A stretch of DNA of 64,000 nt. Origin: an uncultured Burkholderiales bacterium. GTDB lineage: Bacteria; Actinomycetota; Acidimicrobiia; IMCC26256; JAGPDB01. The stretch lies in NCBI GenBank assembly GCA_964561855.1, contig CAZLQP010000005.1, positions 1,153 through 65,152 on the forward strand, written 5' to 3'. The position numbers and the translations under genes are program-made. Below, piece by piece: positions 19,564 to 30,657 of this stretch (the first letter of the stretch is position 1; the number at the start of each line of letters is the position of its first letter). The notes under the pieces are model-generated. The model searched no databases and was not told the origin of the DNA. It saw nothing but the letters and a program-made list of their open reading frames with translations.

Positions 19564-20545
19564 TTGTTACTTCCTTTGCTAGTTCGCGATAGGCGATTGC
19601 CCCGCGCGAAGTTGGATCGAATGTAGTAATCGGCTGACCAAATGATGGCGCTTCCGACAATCTAACAGTTCTAGGTATTACAGTTCTATAAACCTTAGCC
19701 CCGAAATGTTCCCGAACTTCTGCTTCGACTTGCTCGGCCAGCTTAGTCCTTGCGTCGTACATAGTAAGGACAATTCCTCTCATTTCTAGCTCTGGATTTA
19801 GGTTAGATTTAACAAGCCCCACATTTCGTAGTAGCTGACCCAATCCTTCAAGTGCATAGTATTCACACTGAATTGGAACTATTACATCGTCTGAAGCAGC
19901 TAGTGCGTTTACCGTCAATAGCCCCAGAGAGGGAGGACAGTCGATTAGAATATAGTCATAATCTGATTTAACTTCATCGATGGCCTTCTTTAACTTCATT
20001 TCCCTAGAGAATGCAGGGACTAGCTCGATCTCAGCTCCTGCTAGATCGATCGTCGCCGGAACAACAAAAAGATTTCTAACAGATGTTGGTTCAGTGCAAT
20101 CATCGAGCGATTTATCATTAACAATTACATCATATACTGACCCCTCAAGGTCTCGGTGCTGAATACCTAATCCAGTCGTCGCATTACCTTGAGGATCTAA
20201 ATCCACGACAAGGACCCGGTGACCACTCTCAGCCAACGATGCCCCTAGATTAACCGAGGTAGTTGTTTTACCCACACCACCTTTTTGGTTCGCAATCGAA
20301 ACGACTCGAGGTAGAGGGAACTCTACTTGTTCCTCCGATGTGCTAACAGCTTCGGACTTGACTGCATCTCCTGTTGTAGCGCTCACACTTGAGGTGGTAG
20401 AGATTTGTGCGCTCTGCTCTTCTTGGTTTTCAATACCAATTCCGCCTGACTGGGGTGTCTGGTTTGACTCCTCACGTGTTTCTTCATGGTCTCGTTTGAC
20501 GTGCGAAAAAATCCTCATACTGCGTCGTTTTAAATTATCACTCAC
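19538..20545 (-). CDS. parA: chromosome partitioning ATPase ParA/Soj with N-terminal extension
   Basis: ANQKGGVGKTT deviant Walker A, IDCPPSLGLLT, IQCEYYALEGL; SD AAAGGAGG places the start at GTG 20545. Confidence 0.96.
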   Translation of the reverse strand: MSDNLKRRSMRIFSHVKRDHEETREESNQTPQSGGIGIENQEEQSAQISTTSSVSATTGDAVKSEAVSTSEEQVEFPLPRVVSIANQKGGVGKTTTSVNLGASLAESGHRVLVVDLDPQGNATTGLGIQHRDLEGSVYDVIVNDKSLDDCTEPTSVRNLFVVPATIDLAGAEIELVPAFSREMKLKKAIDEVKSDYDYILIDCPPSLGLLTVNALAASDDVIVPIQCEYYALEGLGQLLRNVGLVKSNLNPELEMRGIVLTMYDARTKLAEQVEAEVREHFGAKVYRTVIPRTVRLSEAPSFGQPITTFDPTSRGAIAYRELAKEVTNGESKRIG

Positions 20546-20608
20546 GACTGCCTCCTTTAACACGTTAAAGAATAGCTGGTTTTCAATTAGAATCCAAATA
20601 GAGCCAAA

Positions 20609-20624
20609 TGTTTCACGTGGAACA
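20609..20624. promoter_or_regulatory. parS: parS centromere site 1
   Basis: TGTTTCACGTGGAACA, matching the TGTTTCACGTGAAACA consensus with one change; upstream of parA. Confidence 0.93.
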
Positions 20625-20646
20625 TTAAATTAGTTTCACTGCAGGA

Positions 20647-20662
20647 TGTTTCACGTGGAACA
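20647..20662. promoter_or_regulatory. parS: parS centromere site 2
   Basis: Identical TGTTTCACGTGGAACA, 38 bp from site 1. Confidence 0.93.
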
Positions 20663-20663
20663 T

Positions 20664-21296
20664 CTACCACAGAGGAGAATTTTTCATGGCTGCCGCTCTC
20701 CTTGGGTACTTTGGATTTTCCAAAGAAAATTTATAGAGCACTGCAGCGTGAGCCGATTCAAAATTTTTCAAGCTATCGAATCTAAGTCCTAGTGGAGCTA
20801 GGCCATCGTTACTCCACCTTAGTTCTTCATCCTCTGGACGTCCGCTTACGATTAAATATCCTCCAACCTTAAGAAACCTCGTAGCGCACTCTGCTGTAAC
20901 CTGAGGGCTGCCAAAACCTCTTGCCGTAACCACGTCAAAGAAATGCTGGAATTGGGATTCGTGGCATGCAATCTCAGCCCTAGCATTGACAACATTCAAT
21001 CTGTCTTTGATTGATGGATTCTTGGATATGACACTGTATAAAAAGTCAGTTCGTTTTTTCATGGAATCCAAGGCAGTTATTGAATGAGTGGGAAATTGTC
21101 GGAGAAAAACTAAAGAAGGTAATCCGCCCCCGGATCCTATGTCAATTATGTTTTTGAATTCAGTAGGCAAAGCCTTTAAAAAATCCTGAGAATGTTTAAT
21201 CTGTATCTCAAGAGATTGATCTGAGATAAATCCGAAAGATCTCGATTGCTCCAAACTAGCCAGCAGATCGGCATCGGAGAAGCTTGTTGAGTTCAT
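20664..21296 (-). CDS. rsmG: 16S rRNA m7G527 methyltransferase
   Basis: IIDIGSGGGLPSL, LDSMKKRTDFL, ARAE, VTARGF; the longer ORF-track start overlaps jag, so start taken at MNSTS. Confidence 0.92.
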   Translation of the reverse strand: MNSTSFSDADLLASLEQSRSFGFISDQSLEIQIKHSQDFLKALPTEFKNIIDIGSGGGLPSLVFLRQFPTHSITALDSMKKRTDFLYSVISKNPSIKDRLNVVNARAEIACHESQFQHFFDVVTARGFGSPQVTAECATRFLKVGGYLIVSGRPEDEELRWSNDGLAPLGLRFDSLKNFESAHAAVLYKFSLENPKYPRRAAAMKNSPLW

Positions 21297-21345
21297 AGCA
21301 ATAGAATCTAAATAGGGCTGAACAAAAGCAGCCCCGTAGGTATTT

Positions 21346-22164
21346 CTACTCTGTTTCTTCCAGCATGACCACAACTCGGCGCTTAGGATCATAGCCTTCA
21401 GAGGTAGTCGTAACACCTTCAATTTCAGCAATAGTATCATGTACTATTTTTCGGTCTGGAGATACCATAGGCTCGAGAACTTGCTCTACGCCTGTTTCTT
21501 TCACTTTATCCGCCAAAGACTTTGCAAACTCAGCTAGTGCTTCTTTTCTCTTCTCTCGATATTCTCCAATATCTAGATACATCCTTGCTGTGTACCCTCC
21601 AACTTTTGCTTGAACAACTGCTCTCATCAGTTCTTCAATAGAGAACAATGTCGCACCTCGAGAACCAATGAGCAATCCAACTTGATTTCCTTTGACTGCT
21701 ATATTGATCATATCTTCTTCAAGTTCATAAGTTATTGAGCAGCTATCGTCAAAGTACTTAACTAATCCAGACAAGAATTCTTGAGCATATTTTGCTTGAG
21801 TCTCGATTGGCTCTGCATATTCCTTTTTGGTTTCCTCTTCATTAGTTTGAGGCTCTTGTTCAGACATCTTTTCAACTTTCTTTGTTGGTTTTGGTTTCTT
21901 TTCAGACTTAGCTTGCTGCGAGCGACTAGATTTCTTATTTCTTTGGTCGCTCTTCTTCCTGTTATTTCTATCTCTTGGTTTCTCCCGAGAAACCGGTTTT
22001 ACCCTTGCTTTAATTCTAGCCGGTGTAGCTCCAATACCAAAAACTCCCTTTTTTGGCTCTGACAAAATCTCATACTCGATCTCGTCCTTGTGAATTCCAA
22101 GTTCATCAAGAGCATTATCTACTGCATCTTTCACTGATTCGGCAGAAACTTCAATCCATTCCAT
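21346..22164 (-). CDS. jag: Jag/KhpB (EloR) RNA-binding protein
   Basis: Jag_N MEWIEVSAESVKDAV, KH GLLIGSRGATL, R3H PDRKIVHDTI...SEGYDPKRRVV. Confidence 0.95.
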   Translation of the reverse strand: MEWIEVSAESVKDAVDNALDELGIHKDEIEYEILSEPKKGVFGIGATPARIKARVKPVSREKPRDRNNRKKSDQRNKKSSRSQQAKSEKKPKPTKKVEKMSEQEPQTNEEETKKEYAEPIETQAKYAQEFLSGLVKYFDDSCSITYELEEDMINIAVKGNQVGLLIGSRGATLFSIEELMRAVVQAKVGGYTARMYLDIGEYREKRKEALAEFAKSLADKVKETGVEQVLEPMVSPDRKIVHDTIAEIEGVTTTSEGYDPKRRVVVMLEETE

Positions 22165-22182
22165 TTTTTATCCTTTCTAAAC

Positions 22183-23112
22183 CTATTTTTTCTTTCGCTT
22201 TTTACGAGCCTGCCCCGGCTGATAATTTTCAATAGGTCCTGTGTTCTCTGGCTCAATGTCTTTTGTATCACTCTTCTTATTCTGTTTCTCATGGTGGGGA
22301 ATAATAATCTTTCGATATAAGAACTCTTGTTGGACAGCTCTCCAAGTCGAGCTGGTAAGAATATATAAGTTTGCTCCAGCAGGAAGAATTATTGGTGAGA
22401 TCGAAACAGCAAAAGGCATCACATACTTTAAAAACTTCATCTGCTGTGAAGCATTCGGATTTAGACTCTGGGAACGAGAAATAGAAATGTATGCAGCAAC
22501 AGCAATGAGAACAATTAATACAATATATGCAAACAATACTGATGGTGTGATACTGCCTTCATCAATAAGTCTCCAAAGGCTTTTGGAAAGTTGCAGTCCA
22601 AAAAATTCCTTACCTTCTGGTAACCTGGCGGCTTCAGCTTCAGCGACTGAAGGATCAAAACCTGCTTCTACTAGACCACCTGCATTAGCAACACAAACTT
22701 CATATGTTTTAGCCGGTGAACAAATACTTTGAAACAGTCTTGTAGATTCATCAACATATTTAGGAATATTGGAGGTAACTCTAAATATCGCAAAGAAAAA
22801 TGGCATCTGAACTAATAAGGGAAGACAACCACCTAAAGGATTTACTCCAGCTTCCTTATATAACTTCATAGTCTCTTCAGAAAGTTTTTGCCGATCGTCT
22901 TTATACTTTGCCTGAAGTTCTTTCATTTGAGGCTGCAACGCCTGCATTGCCAGCATTGACTTTGTCTGCTTGTGAGTTAGAGGAAAAACCAGCAACATCA
23001 CTAACATAGTCACCAAAATAATCGCAAAACCGACATTTGGTATATACTCATATATATTGGTCATGAGAAAGGCGATTAAGTCTTCAAACGGTTTTAAAAT
23101 TGTTTCCATCAA
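22183..23112 (-). CDS. yidC: membrane protein insertase YidC
   Basis: MQALQPQMKELQAKYK, GVNPLGGCLPLLVQMPFF, PAGANLY. Confidence 0.96.
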   Translation of the reverse strand: MMETILKPFEDLIAFLMTNIYEYIPNVGFAIILVTMLVMLLVFPLTHKQTKSMLAMQALQPQMKELQAKYKDDRQKLSEETMKLYKEAGVNPLGGCLPLLVQMPFFFAIFRVTSNIPKYVDESTRLFQSICSPAKTYEVCVANAGGLVEAGFDPSVAEAEAARLPEGKEFFGLQLSKSLWRLIDEGSITPSVLFAYIVLIVLIAVAAYISISRSQSLNPNASQQMKFLKYVMPFAVSISPIILPAGANLYILTSSTWRAVQQEFLYRKIIIPHHEKQNKKSDTKDIEPENTGPIENYQPGQARKKRKKK

Positions 23113-23251
23113 TAAACTTTCTTTATCAAATTTGAATCCAAGAAGATTTCCATGTTTATCTCATCATAGATACTCAGTAGCGAAATCATGAAAATTTCTT
23201 GATACTACATTGTACTGACATTAACTGATAGATATTCACTTCAACTACAAA

Positions 23252-23473
23252 TTATGCTTTGTCAACTCCGCCTGGGTGAAATGGGTGACATTTTGAAATT
23301 CTAATAACTGTTTTAAAAATAGCTTTGAAAAAACCATATTTTTCGAAACAATCTAGAGAATACTGCGAGCAACTCGGGTAAAACCTGCATCTGTTAGGCA
23401 ATTTCGATGAAAAAATACGGTAAAACTTAATAAGATAAACACTCATCCACCAAAGTGGATTTAAATGTTTCAT
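23252..23473 (-). CDS. yidD: membrane protein insertion efficiency factor YidD
   Basis: RCRFYPSCSQY, RISKCHPFHPGGVD. Confidence 0.95.
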   Translation of the reverse strand: MKHLNPLWWMSVYLIKFYRIFSSKLPNRCRFYPSCSQYSLDCFEKYGFFKAIFKTVIRISKCHPFHPGGVDKA

Positions 23474-23495
23474 TTTCAAGTCATTGCCCTTGCTG

Positions 23496-23864
23496 TTATT
23501 CATTTAATGTCACGTTTTCAGCTATATATTCCAGGCTATTTTTAATCTCAGCATACGTTAGTTCTTCAGAATTTCTGTTATTTGTTCCAATCAATAACAC
23601 TAGGTTATTTGGAAACAAATCACCTTGTAAAAGTTCTATTACGGAATTCTTAACTCGTCGTTTAAGCCTATTTCTTTTTACGGCATTGCTATATTTTCTT
23701 GAAACCACAAATCCTAGTTCTAGTGGAGAATCATCAGTCTTAAAATGATACTTAGCCCACAATTTATCTGATCTAATGAAACTAGAATTAGATATCAATT
23801 TCCAAGAGTTTGTACCTCTAATTTTCCATATCGTAAAGGTTTTATATTTATTTGAACTGGCCAT
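23496..23864 (-). CDS. rnpA: ribonuclease P protein component
   Basis: LGFVVSRKYSNAVKRNRLKRR (RNR motif); between rpmH and yidD. Confidence 0.92.
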   Translation of the reverse strand: MASSNKYKTFTIWKIRGTNSWKLISNSSFIRSDKLWAKYHFKTDDSPLELGFVVSRKYSNAVKRNRLKRRVKNSVIELLQGDLFPNNLVLLIGTNNRNSEELTYAEIKNSLEYIAENVTLNE

Positions 23865-23877
23865 TGAGACCAATCCC

Positions 23878-24018
23878 TTAAGCGCTAAGGCGTTTACGAC
23901 CTTTAAGACGACGGCGCTTTAAAACATTTCGTCCAGCTTTGGTGCTCATACGAGACATAAAGCCATGTTTACGAGACCGTTTACGGTTACTTGGCTGAAA
24001 TGTTCTTTTTGTAGACAT
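23878..24018 (-). CDS. rpmH: 50S ribosomal protein L34
   Basis: [46 protein letters not shown]. Confidence 0.98.
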   Translation of the reverse strand: MSTKRTFQPSNRKRSRKHGFMSRMSTKAGRNVLKRRRLKGRKRLSA

Positions 24019-24129
24019 GATTACCTCAAAATATTCTATTTGGAAATGCTTATTTTTCCAGACCGTACATCCTAACAGGTGAGAGGAATCTTGTTCCAAT
24101 CCACACTTTATACACATGATCAAGCCAGC

Positions 24130-24293
24130 TGTGGTTAACTATTGATCCACAGGGGTGGATAACTTTTATTTGGACGTGAAAAGATATTCGTGATATTTTC
24201 TATCAACGCTAACAATAGCTGCCATTACAGAGAGTGATCTTAGAATGGCTGAACTAGACAAATATCCACAAGTGTGGATAAGACTGTGGATTA
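24130..24293. promoter_or_regulatory. DnaA-box cluster in the rpmH-dnaA intergenic region (dnaA promoter/autoregulation)
   Basis: TGTGGTTAA 24130, TGATCCACA 24143, GGTGGATAA 24154, ATATCCACA 24262, TGTGGATAA 24273 (perfect), TGTGGATTA 24285; TAGAAT -10-like at 24241. Confidence 0.88.
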
Positions 24294-24296
24294 ACT

Positions 24297-25805
24297 ATGG
24301 AAAGTCCGTTACTGATAACTTCACCACAACAAGTTTGGGGTCTGATATCAACACATATCAAAGATCAGTTATCTGATGCTTCATGGAACACTTGGTTTGC
24401 TAGTTGTAAAGTAGATCCTGAGTCTGAGATCGAAAATATTACAATACTTGTTCCATCCTCTGTTGCATACGAAAAAATTACTTCTACGTTTTCTTCCATA
24501 ATTGATGATGCTATCGACAATATTTCAGATTTGGATATAAAAATCAGTTTTGTGATAGCGACCAGAACCAGAGATGAAGATAGCGAAATAGACTTAAGAG
24601 ACGAATCTAATTCGATTAATAACGCTAGTGAATTTCAAGATGGGATTAATAGAAAACCACTTGAAAATCAACTGAATTCAAATTTTTCTAACCAACAAAT
24701 ATCTGACTACGTACAGTCTGATTCATCGGGATTAAATCCAAGATATACCTTTGACCATTTCGTAATTGGAACATCCAATCGTTTCGCTCATGCCGCTGCA
24801 TTAAGTGTTGCAGAATCTCCTGCTAGAAGCTACAACCCTTTGTTTATATATGGTTCAGCAGGTTTAGGAAAAACTCACTTGCTCCATGCAATTGGACATT
24901 ATGTTAAGAAAATGTATCCAAATAAAAGAATCCGATATGTATCTACCGAAACATTGATGAACGAATTCGTTGAAGCTATCCAGACTAACTCCACTCCTGC
25001 ATTTAAAAAGCGCTATCGTGAAGTTGATGTTCTTTTAGTGGATGACATTCAGTTTTTAGAACGAGCTCCTCAGCTACAAGAAGAATTTTTCCATACATTT
25101 AATTCGCTTCATCAAGCTGCCAGCCAGATAGTTTTGAGTTCTGATAGACCGCCAAAATCGATTCAGACATTAGAAGACAGACTTAGATCACGATTTGAAT
25201 GGGGATTAATTACAGACGTTCAGCCTCCGGAGTTTGAAACAAGACTTGCTATTTTGAGAAAAAAAGCTTTTGCTGAAGGATTACATAACATTCCTGATGA
25301 GGTAATGACTTTCATTGCAAGCAATATTTCAGACAACGTCCGTGAATTAGAAGGAGCACTTATTCGAGTAGCTGCTTATTCTTCATTACATCGGGCAGTG
25401 TTAAATGAAGAAGTCGCAAAAGATGTTTTATCAGACTTGTTGCCTGCAAATAAAACAAGAGTAATCACTCCAGATATTATTTTCGAAGAAACTGCGACCA
25501 TGTTTGGATGGACTATAGATGATTTAAAGGGTTCATCAAGAAGAAGACCTCTAGTTACAGCAAGACAAATTGGAATGTATGTATTTAGGGAGTTAACTGA
25601 CTATTCATTTCCTCGTATTGGAGAAATTTTTGGAGGAAGAGACCACACAACAGTGATGCATGCAGTCGAAAAAGTTAAACAACAAATGACTGAAAAAGCT
25701 CAAGTATTTGAGCAAGTAAATGAGCTAATCGGGCGAATAAAGATGGGCCCTGAATCCAAGGTTGATCAGAACAGCTCCTATTCAGGAGGTGGCATCAGTG
25801 GATAA
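24297..25805 (+). CDS. dnaA: chromosomal replication initiator DnaA
   Basis: LNPRYTFDHFVIG, YNPLFIYGSAGLGKTHLL, LLVDDIQF, GGRDHTTVMHA. Confidence 0.99.
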   Translation: MESPLLITSPQQVWGLISTHIKDQLSDASWNTWFASCKVDPESEIENITILVPSSVAYEKITSTFSSIIDDAIDNISDLDIKISFVIATRTRDEDSEIDLRDESNSINNASEFQDGINRKPLENQLNSNFSNQQISDYVQSDSSGLNPRYTFDHFVIGTSNRFAHAAALSVAESPARSYNPLFIYGSAGLGKTHLLHAIGHYVKKMYPNKRIRYVSTETLMNEFVEAIQTNSTPAFKKRYREVDVLLVDDIQFLERAPQLQEEFFHTFNSLHQAASQIVLSSDRPPKSIQTLEDRLRSRFEWGLITDVQPPEFETRLAILRKKAFAEGLHNIPDEVMTFIASNISDNVRELEGALIRVAAYSSLHRAVLNEEVAKDVLSDLLPANKTRVITPDIIFEETATMFGWTIDDLKGSSRRRPLVTARQIGMYVFRELTDYSFPRIGEIFGGRDHTTVMHAVEKVKQQMTEKAQVFEQVNELIGRIKMGPESKVDQNSSYSGGGISG

Positions 25806-26005
25806 GGTTGTGGATAACTGTGGATTATTTAGTGGATTTTGTGGATCATACCCCACTATGTCTGTGACCATTAGTCAAAGGTTGTGGATAACTGTGGATA
25901 GCCTGTGGACTAAAAAACGTGCTTTGATCAGGGAAAACTATACTTTATCCAGTTTCCACAGCACTATTACTAATAATGAATCTTTATTAAATACTATTAA
26001 CAATG
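25797..26005. other. oriC: oriC: DnaA-box array, DnaA-trios and AT-rich unwinding element
   Basis: Boxes at 25797, 25809 (perfect), 25819, 25831, 25840, 25883 (perfect), 25893, 25904, 25945, 25952; TTTCCACA-GC-ACTATTACTAATAATG (25953-25978) has the box-GC-trio layout of the B. subtilis basal unwinding site. Confidence 0.93.
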
Positions 26006-26015
26006 GAGAAACGAA

Positions 26016-27113
26016 ATGAAAATTCAAATAGAGAGAGATACATTCCTTGAAGCATTAACAAGTGCTTCACGTGCAGTTGCTAATAGAGCGGGTTCTTTGC
26101 CAGTCCTGAGTGGTCTACACATAAATGCTCGTGGAAATGATGTAACCATTACAGGGTCTGATTTGGATCTCACAGTAAAAGTAAATGTTATGGCTCATAC
26201 CCAAGGCGAGGGTGTTGTAGTCCTGAGTGCAAAATTGTTATCTGACATTGTGCGATCGTTAGAAGAAGGAACAATAACTCTTGAAGTAAAGGACAATAAC
26301 GCAACTCTTACCTCTGGACGTTCTAATTTTACTTTACGAACACTCAATGCTGATGAGTATCCTCGATTAAATGAACTTGAAGGACAAGGCGTTCGTATTG
26401 AGGCAGAACAATTTAACGAAGGTCTAAAGCAGGTAATTGTTGCTGCTTCAAAAGATGAAGCACGTCCAATACTTTGTGGTGTTTTATTAGCTTCAACTGA
26501 AAAAGGTTTACGTTTTGTAGCAACTGATTCATATCGTTTAGCACTGCGTGATGTAGATGGACTTTCAATTTTGAAGAGTGGAACATCAGTTTTGGTTCCG
26601 GCAAAAGGTTTGACTGAAGTTCAAAGGCTTCTAGGAAAAAGCGAAGTTGAAGTTATTTTAGGTGAGCGAGAAGTTAGCTTTAGCGTTGATAATGCTGTAA
26701 TTACAATGCGGTTAATCGATGGAGAATATCCAAACTACGAACAACTAATTCCTAAAAACTATCCAAATAGAATTACTATTTCACGCGAAGCATTAGAACA
26801 AGCAGTTAAGCGTGTAAGACTTGTGGCTCAGGATAGAAATTCTCAGCCAGTTAGATTGATTGTAAAAACTGATGGTGTTGAACTGCGACAAGTTGCACAA
26901 GAAATTGGTGAAGCTCAAGAACACATCGATGCGAAATGCGAAGGTGATGAACTCGAAGTTGCATTTAATTCAGAATATCTTCTTGATGGCTTAAGTGCAT
27001 CAGGAAGCGAAGAAGTAGTTATCGAAACTATTGATCCACTAAAGCCTGCAACCCTTCGTGGTACAGATCAAGAATCCTTTACATATTTGTTGATGCCTGT
27101 CCGCGTGAGTTAA
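26016..27113 (+). CDS. dnaN: DNA polymerase III beta sliding clamp
   Basis: LPVLSG, TGSDLDL, FVATDSYRLA, RLIDGEYPNY, YLLMPVR. Confidence 0.99.
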   Translation: MKIQIERDTFLEALTSASRAVANRAGSLPVLSGLHINARGNDVTITGSDLDLTVKVNVMAHTQGEGVVVLSAKLLSDIVRSLEEGTITLEVKDNNATLTSGRSNFTLRTLNADEYPRLNELEGQGVRIEAEQFNEGLKQVIVAASKDEARPILCGVLLASTEKGLRFVATDSYRLALRDVDGLSILKSGTSVLVPAKGLTEVQRLLGKSEVEVILGEREVSFSVDNAVITMRLIDGEYPNYEQLIPKNYPNRITISREALEQAVKRVRLVAQDRNSQPVRLIVKTDGVELRQVAQEIGEAQEHIDAKCEGDELEVAFNSEYLLDGLSASGSEEVVIETIDPLKPATLRGTDQESFTYLLMPVRVS

Positions 27114-27115
27114 TA

Positions 27116-28237
27116 ATGTTCATTACATCGTTAAAACTAGATGATGTAAGGATTATTGAACATTGCGAATTAAATCTGTCTCAGGGCGTTGTAGCCCTTG
27201 TTGGAGATAATGGACAAGGTAAAACAACAGTTTTAGAGTCAATTTTTTGGGCTTGCCATCACAAGAGTTTTAGACAAGTTGCGTCAAGTGACATGATTTC
27301 AGCTAAGTGCGATACTTCAAAAATATATCTAGAACTTACAGACACAATAAGAAAACAAGATATTGACATAACTCTAAATAGGATTGGTCGCGATGTAGTT
27401 TTTGTTAATGGGCAAAAGCTAAAGAGAAATCGTGATTTATTAGGTACATTGAGAGTAACAATATTTACTCCTGATGATCTTGAAATAATCAAAGGCTCTT
27501 CACAATTAAGACGCGATGTTTTAGATGACACTCTTACTCAAGTATCTAAAAAATTCGTAGCAGTTAATGGCGACTATTCGAAGTTGATAAAGCAAAAGAA
27601 TGCACTATTAAAAGAACAATTTATTGATGCTGATTTGTTGGAAGTTCTAAATGAATCGATATCGATCAGTGGATCTGAGCTTTTACATCTTCGACTTAAT
27701 GTTTTAAGTAAAGTGAGAGAACATTTTTCTGATGCATATCGAATAATTTCTGATGGTAATAATCAAGTTTCATTGAAATATATCTCGAAAATTTTTGGAA
27801 ATGATAAAGATGAAAATATTTCAGTAAATGAACAACTTAGTGTGGATCAGATACGCGAGATTTTCAGTTCAAAACTGACTGAATTTAATGATATTGAAAG
27901 ACTTAGACGCCACAGTGTCATTGGGCCACATCGAGACGACATTGTGATTGCTATTGATGATAGAAACTCAAGAACACAAGCATCTCAAGGAGAACAACGC
28001 TCACTAGCATTAGCGATAAAAATGGCTACACATTCTGTGGTTAGAGACATTACTTCAGATAATCCAGTTCTTTTATTAGATGACGTATTTTCGGAACTAG
28101 ATATTGGGCGTACGCATAGGCTCATAGATTGTCTACCTGCGTCACAGACCTTTATTACATCGGCAATTGAGTTACCTGCTTCACTAAAGGTAGATGAAAC
28201 ATACAACGTTAATGCAGGTAAAGTGATTTTGTCGTAG
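27116..28237 (+). CDS. recF: DNA replication/repair protein RecF
   Basis: GDNGQGKTT, IGPHRDD, ASQGEQRS, PVLLLDDVFSELD. Confidence 0.97.
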   Translation: MFITSLKLDDVRIIEHCELNLSQGVVALVGDNGQGKTTVLESIFWACHHKSFRQVASSDMISAKCDTSKIYLELTDTIRKQDIDITLNRIGRDVVFVNGQKLKRNRDLLGTLRVTIFTPDDLEIIKGSSQLRRDVLDDTLTQVSKKFVAVNGDYSKLIKQKNALLKEQFIDADLLEVLNESISISGSELLHLRLNVLSKVREHFSDAYRIISDGNNQVSLKYISKIFGNDKDENISVNEQLSVDQIREIFSSKLTEFNDIERLRRHSVIGPHRDDIVIAIDDRNSRTQASQGEQRSLALAIKMATHSVVRDITSDNPVLLLDDVFSELDIGRTHRLIDCLPASQTFITSAIELPASLKVDETYNVNAGKVILS

Positions 28238-28258
28238 TATCGTCTTAGGATTATTGTT

Positions 28259-28627
28259 ATGACACGAATGAAAACCATACCTCAAAATGAAATTCTAAAA
28301 TTGGATAATGAGCTTTCAAGTAGTGCAGACACAATGTACCTTTTGAAAGATAGCGTTACTCAATATGTAGATAATTCGGTTGTAAGTGAAGCAATAGTTG
28401 TAAGTTCATTACATGATATTTGGGAAAATATTGTAGGCAAAGATATATCGAAACATGTACAAATTAGGCATATCAAAAATGAAGTATTACATGTTGTTGC
28501 CGATCATCGAGCTTGGTCAACGCAGCTGAAATATATAACAAAAGACATAATTGAGAAAATTAACTCGGAGTTAAAAGATCAAAAAATCAGTTCAATTTCA
28601 CTATCAATTTCGAGCAAAAAAAGTTAG
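28259..28627 (+). CDS. dciA: DUF721 / DciA-family protein
   Basis: WENIVGKDISKH...LHVVADHRAWSTQLKY; position between recF and gyrB. Confidence 0.85.
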   Translation: MTRMKTIPQNEILKLDNELSSSADTMYLLKDSVTQYVDNSVVSEAIVVSSLHDIWENIVGKDISKHVQIRHIKNEVLHVVADHRAWSTQLKYITKDIIEKINSELKDQKISSISLSISSKKS

Positions 28628-28655
28628 ATTTTTGTGCCTTAAAAAGCGCCTCTAA

Positions 28656-30626
<1,971 letters not shown>

Positions 30627-30657
30627 AGTAGTTTTCAGGCAATAGGCGGAGAAAATA

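Noticed and set aside
20470-20510. Extra parS-like sequences in the parA 5' region
   Set aside because: TCACGTG and TTTGACGTG cores lack the flanking palindromic arms.
23113-23251. Small gene in the yidD-yidC gap
   Set aside because: The longest minus-strand ORF is about 26 codons with no SD or recognisable features; more likely promoter DNA.
27159-27171. ACATTGCGAATTA, similar to the island motif
   Set aside because: It lies inside the recF coding sequence. This and a similar partial hit in SURF1 (near 62460) show the core can occur by chance, so they were not counted.
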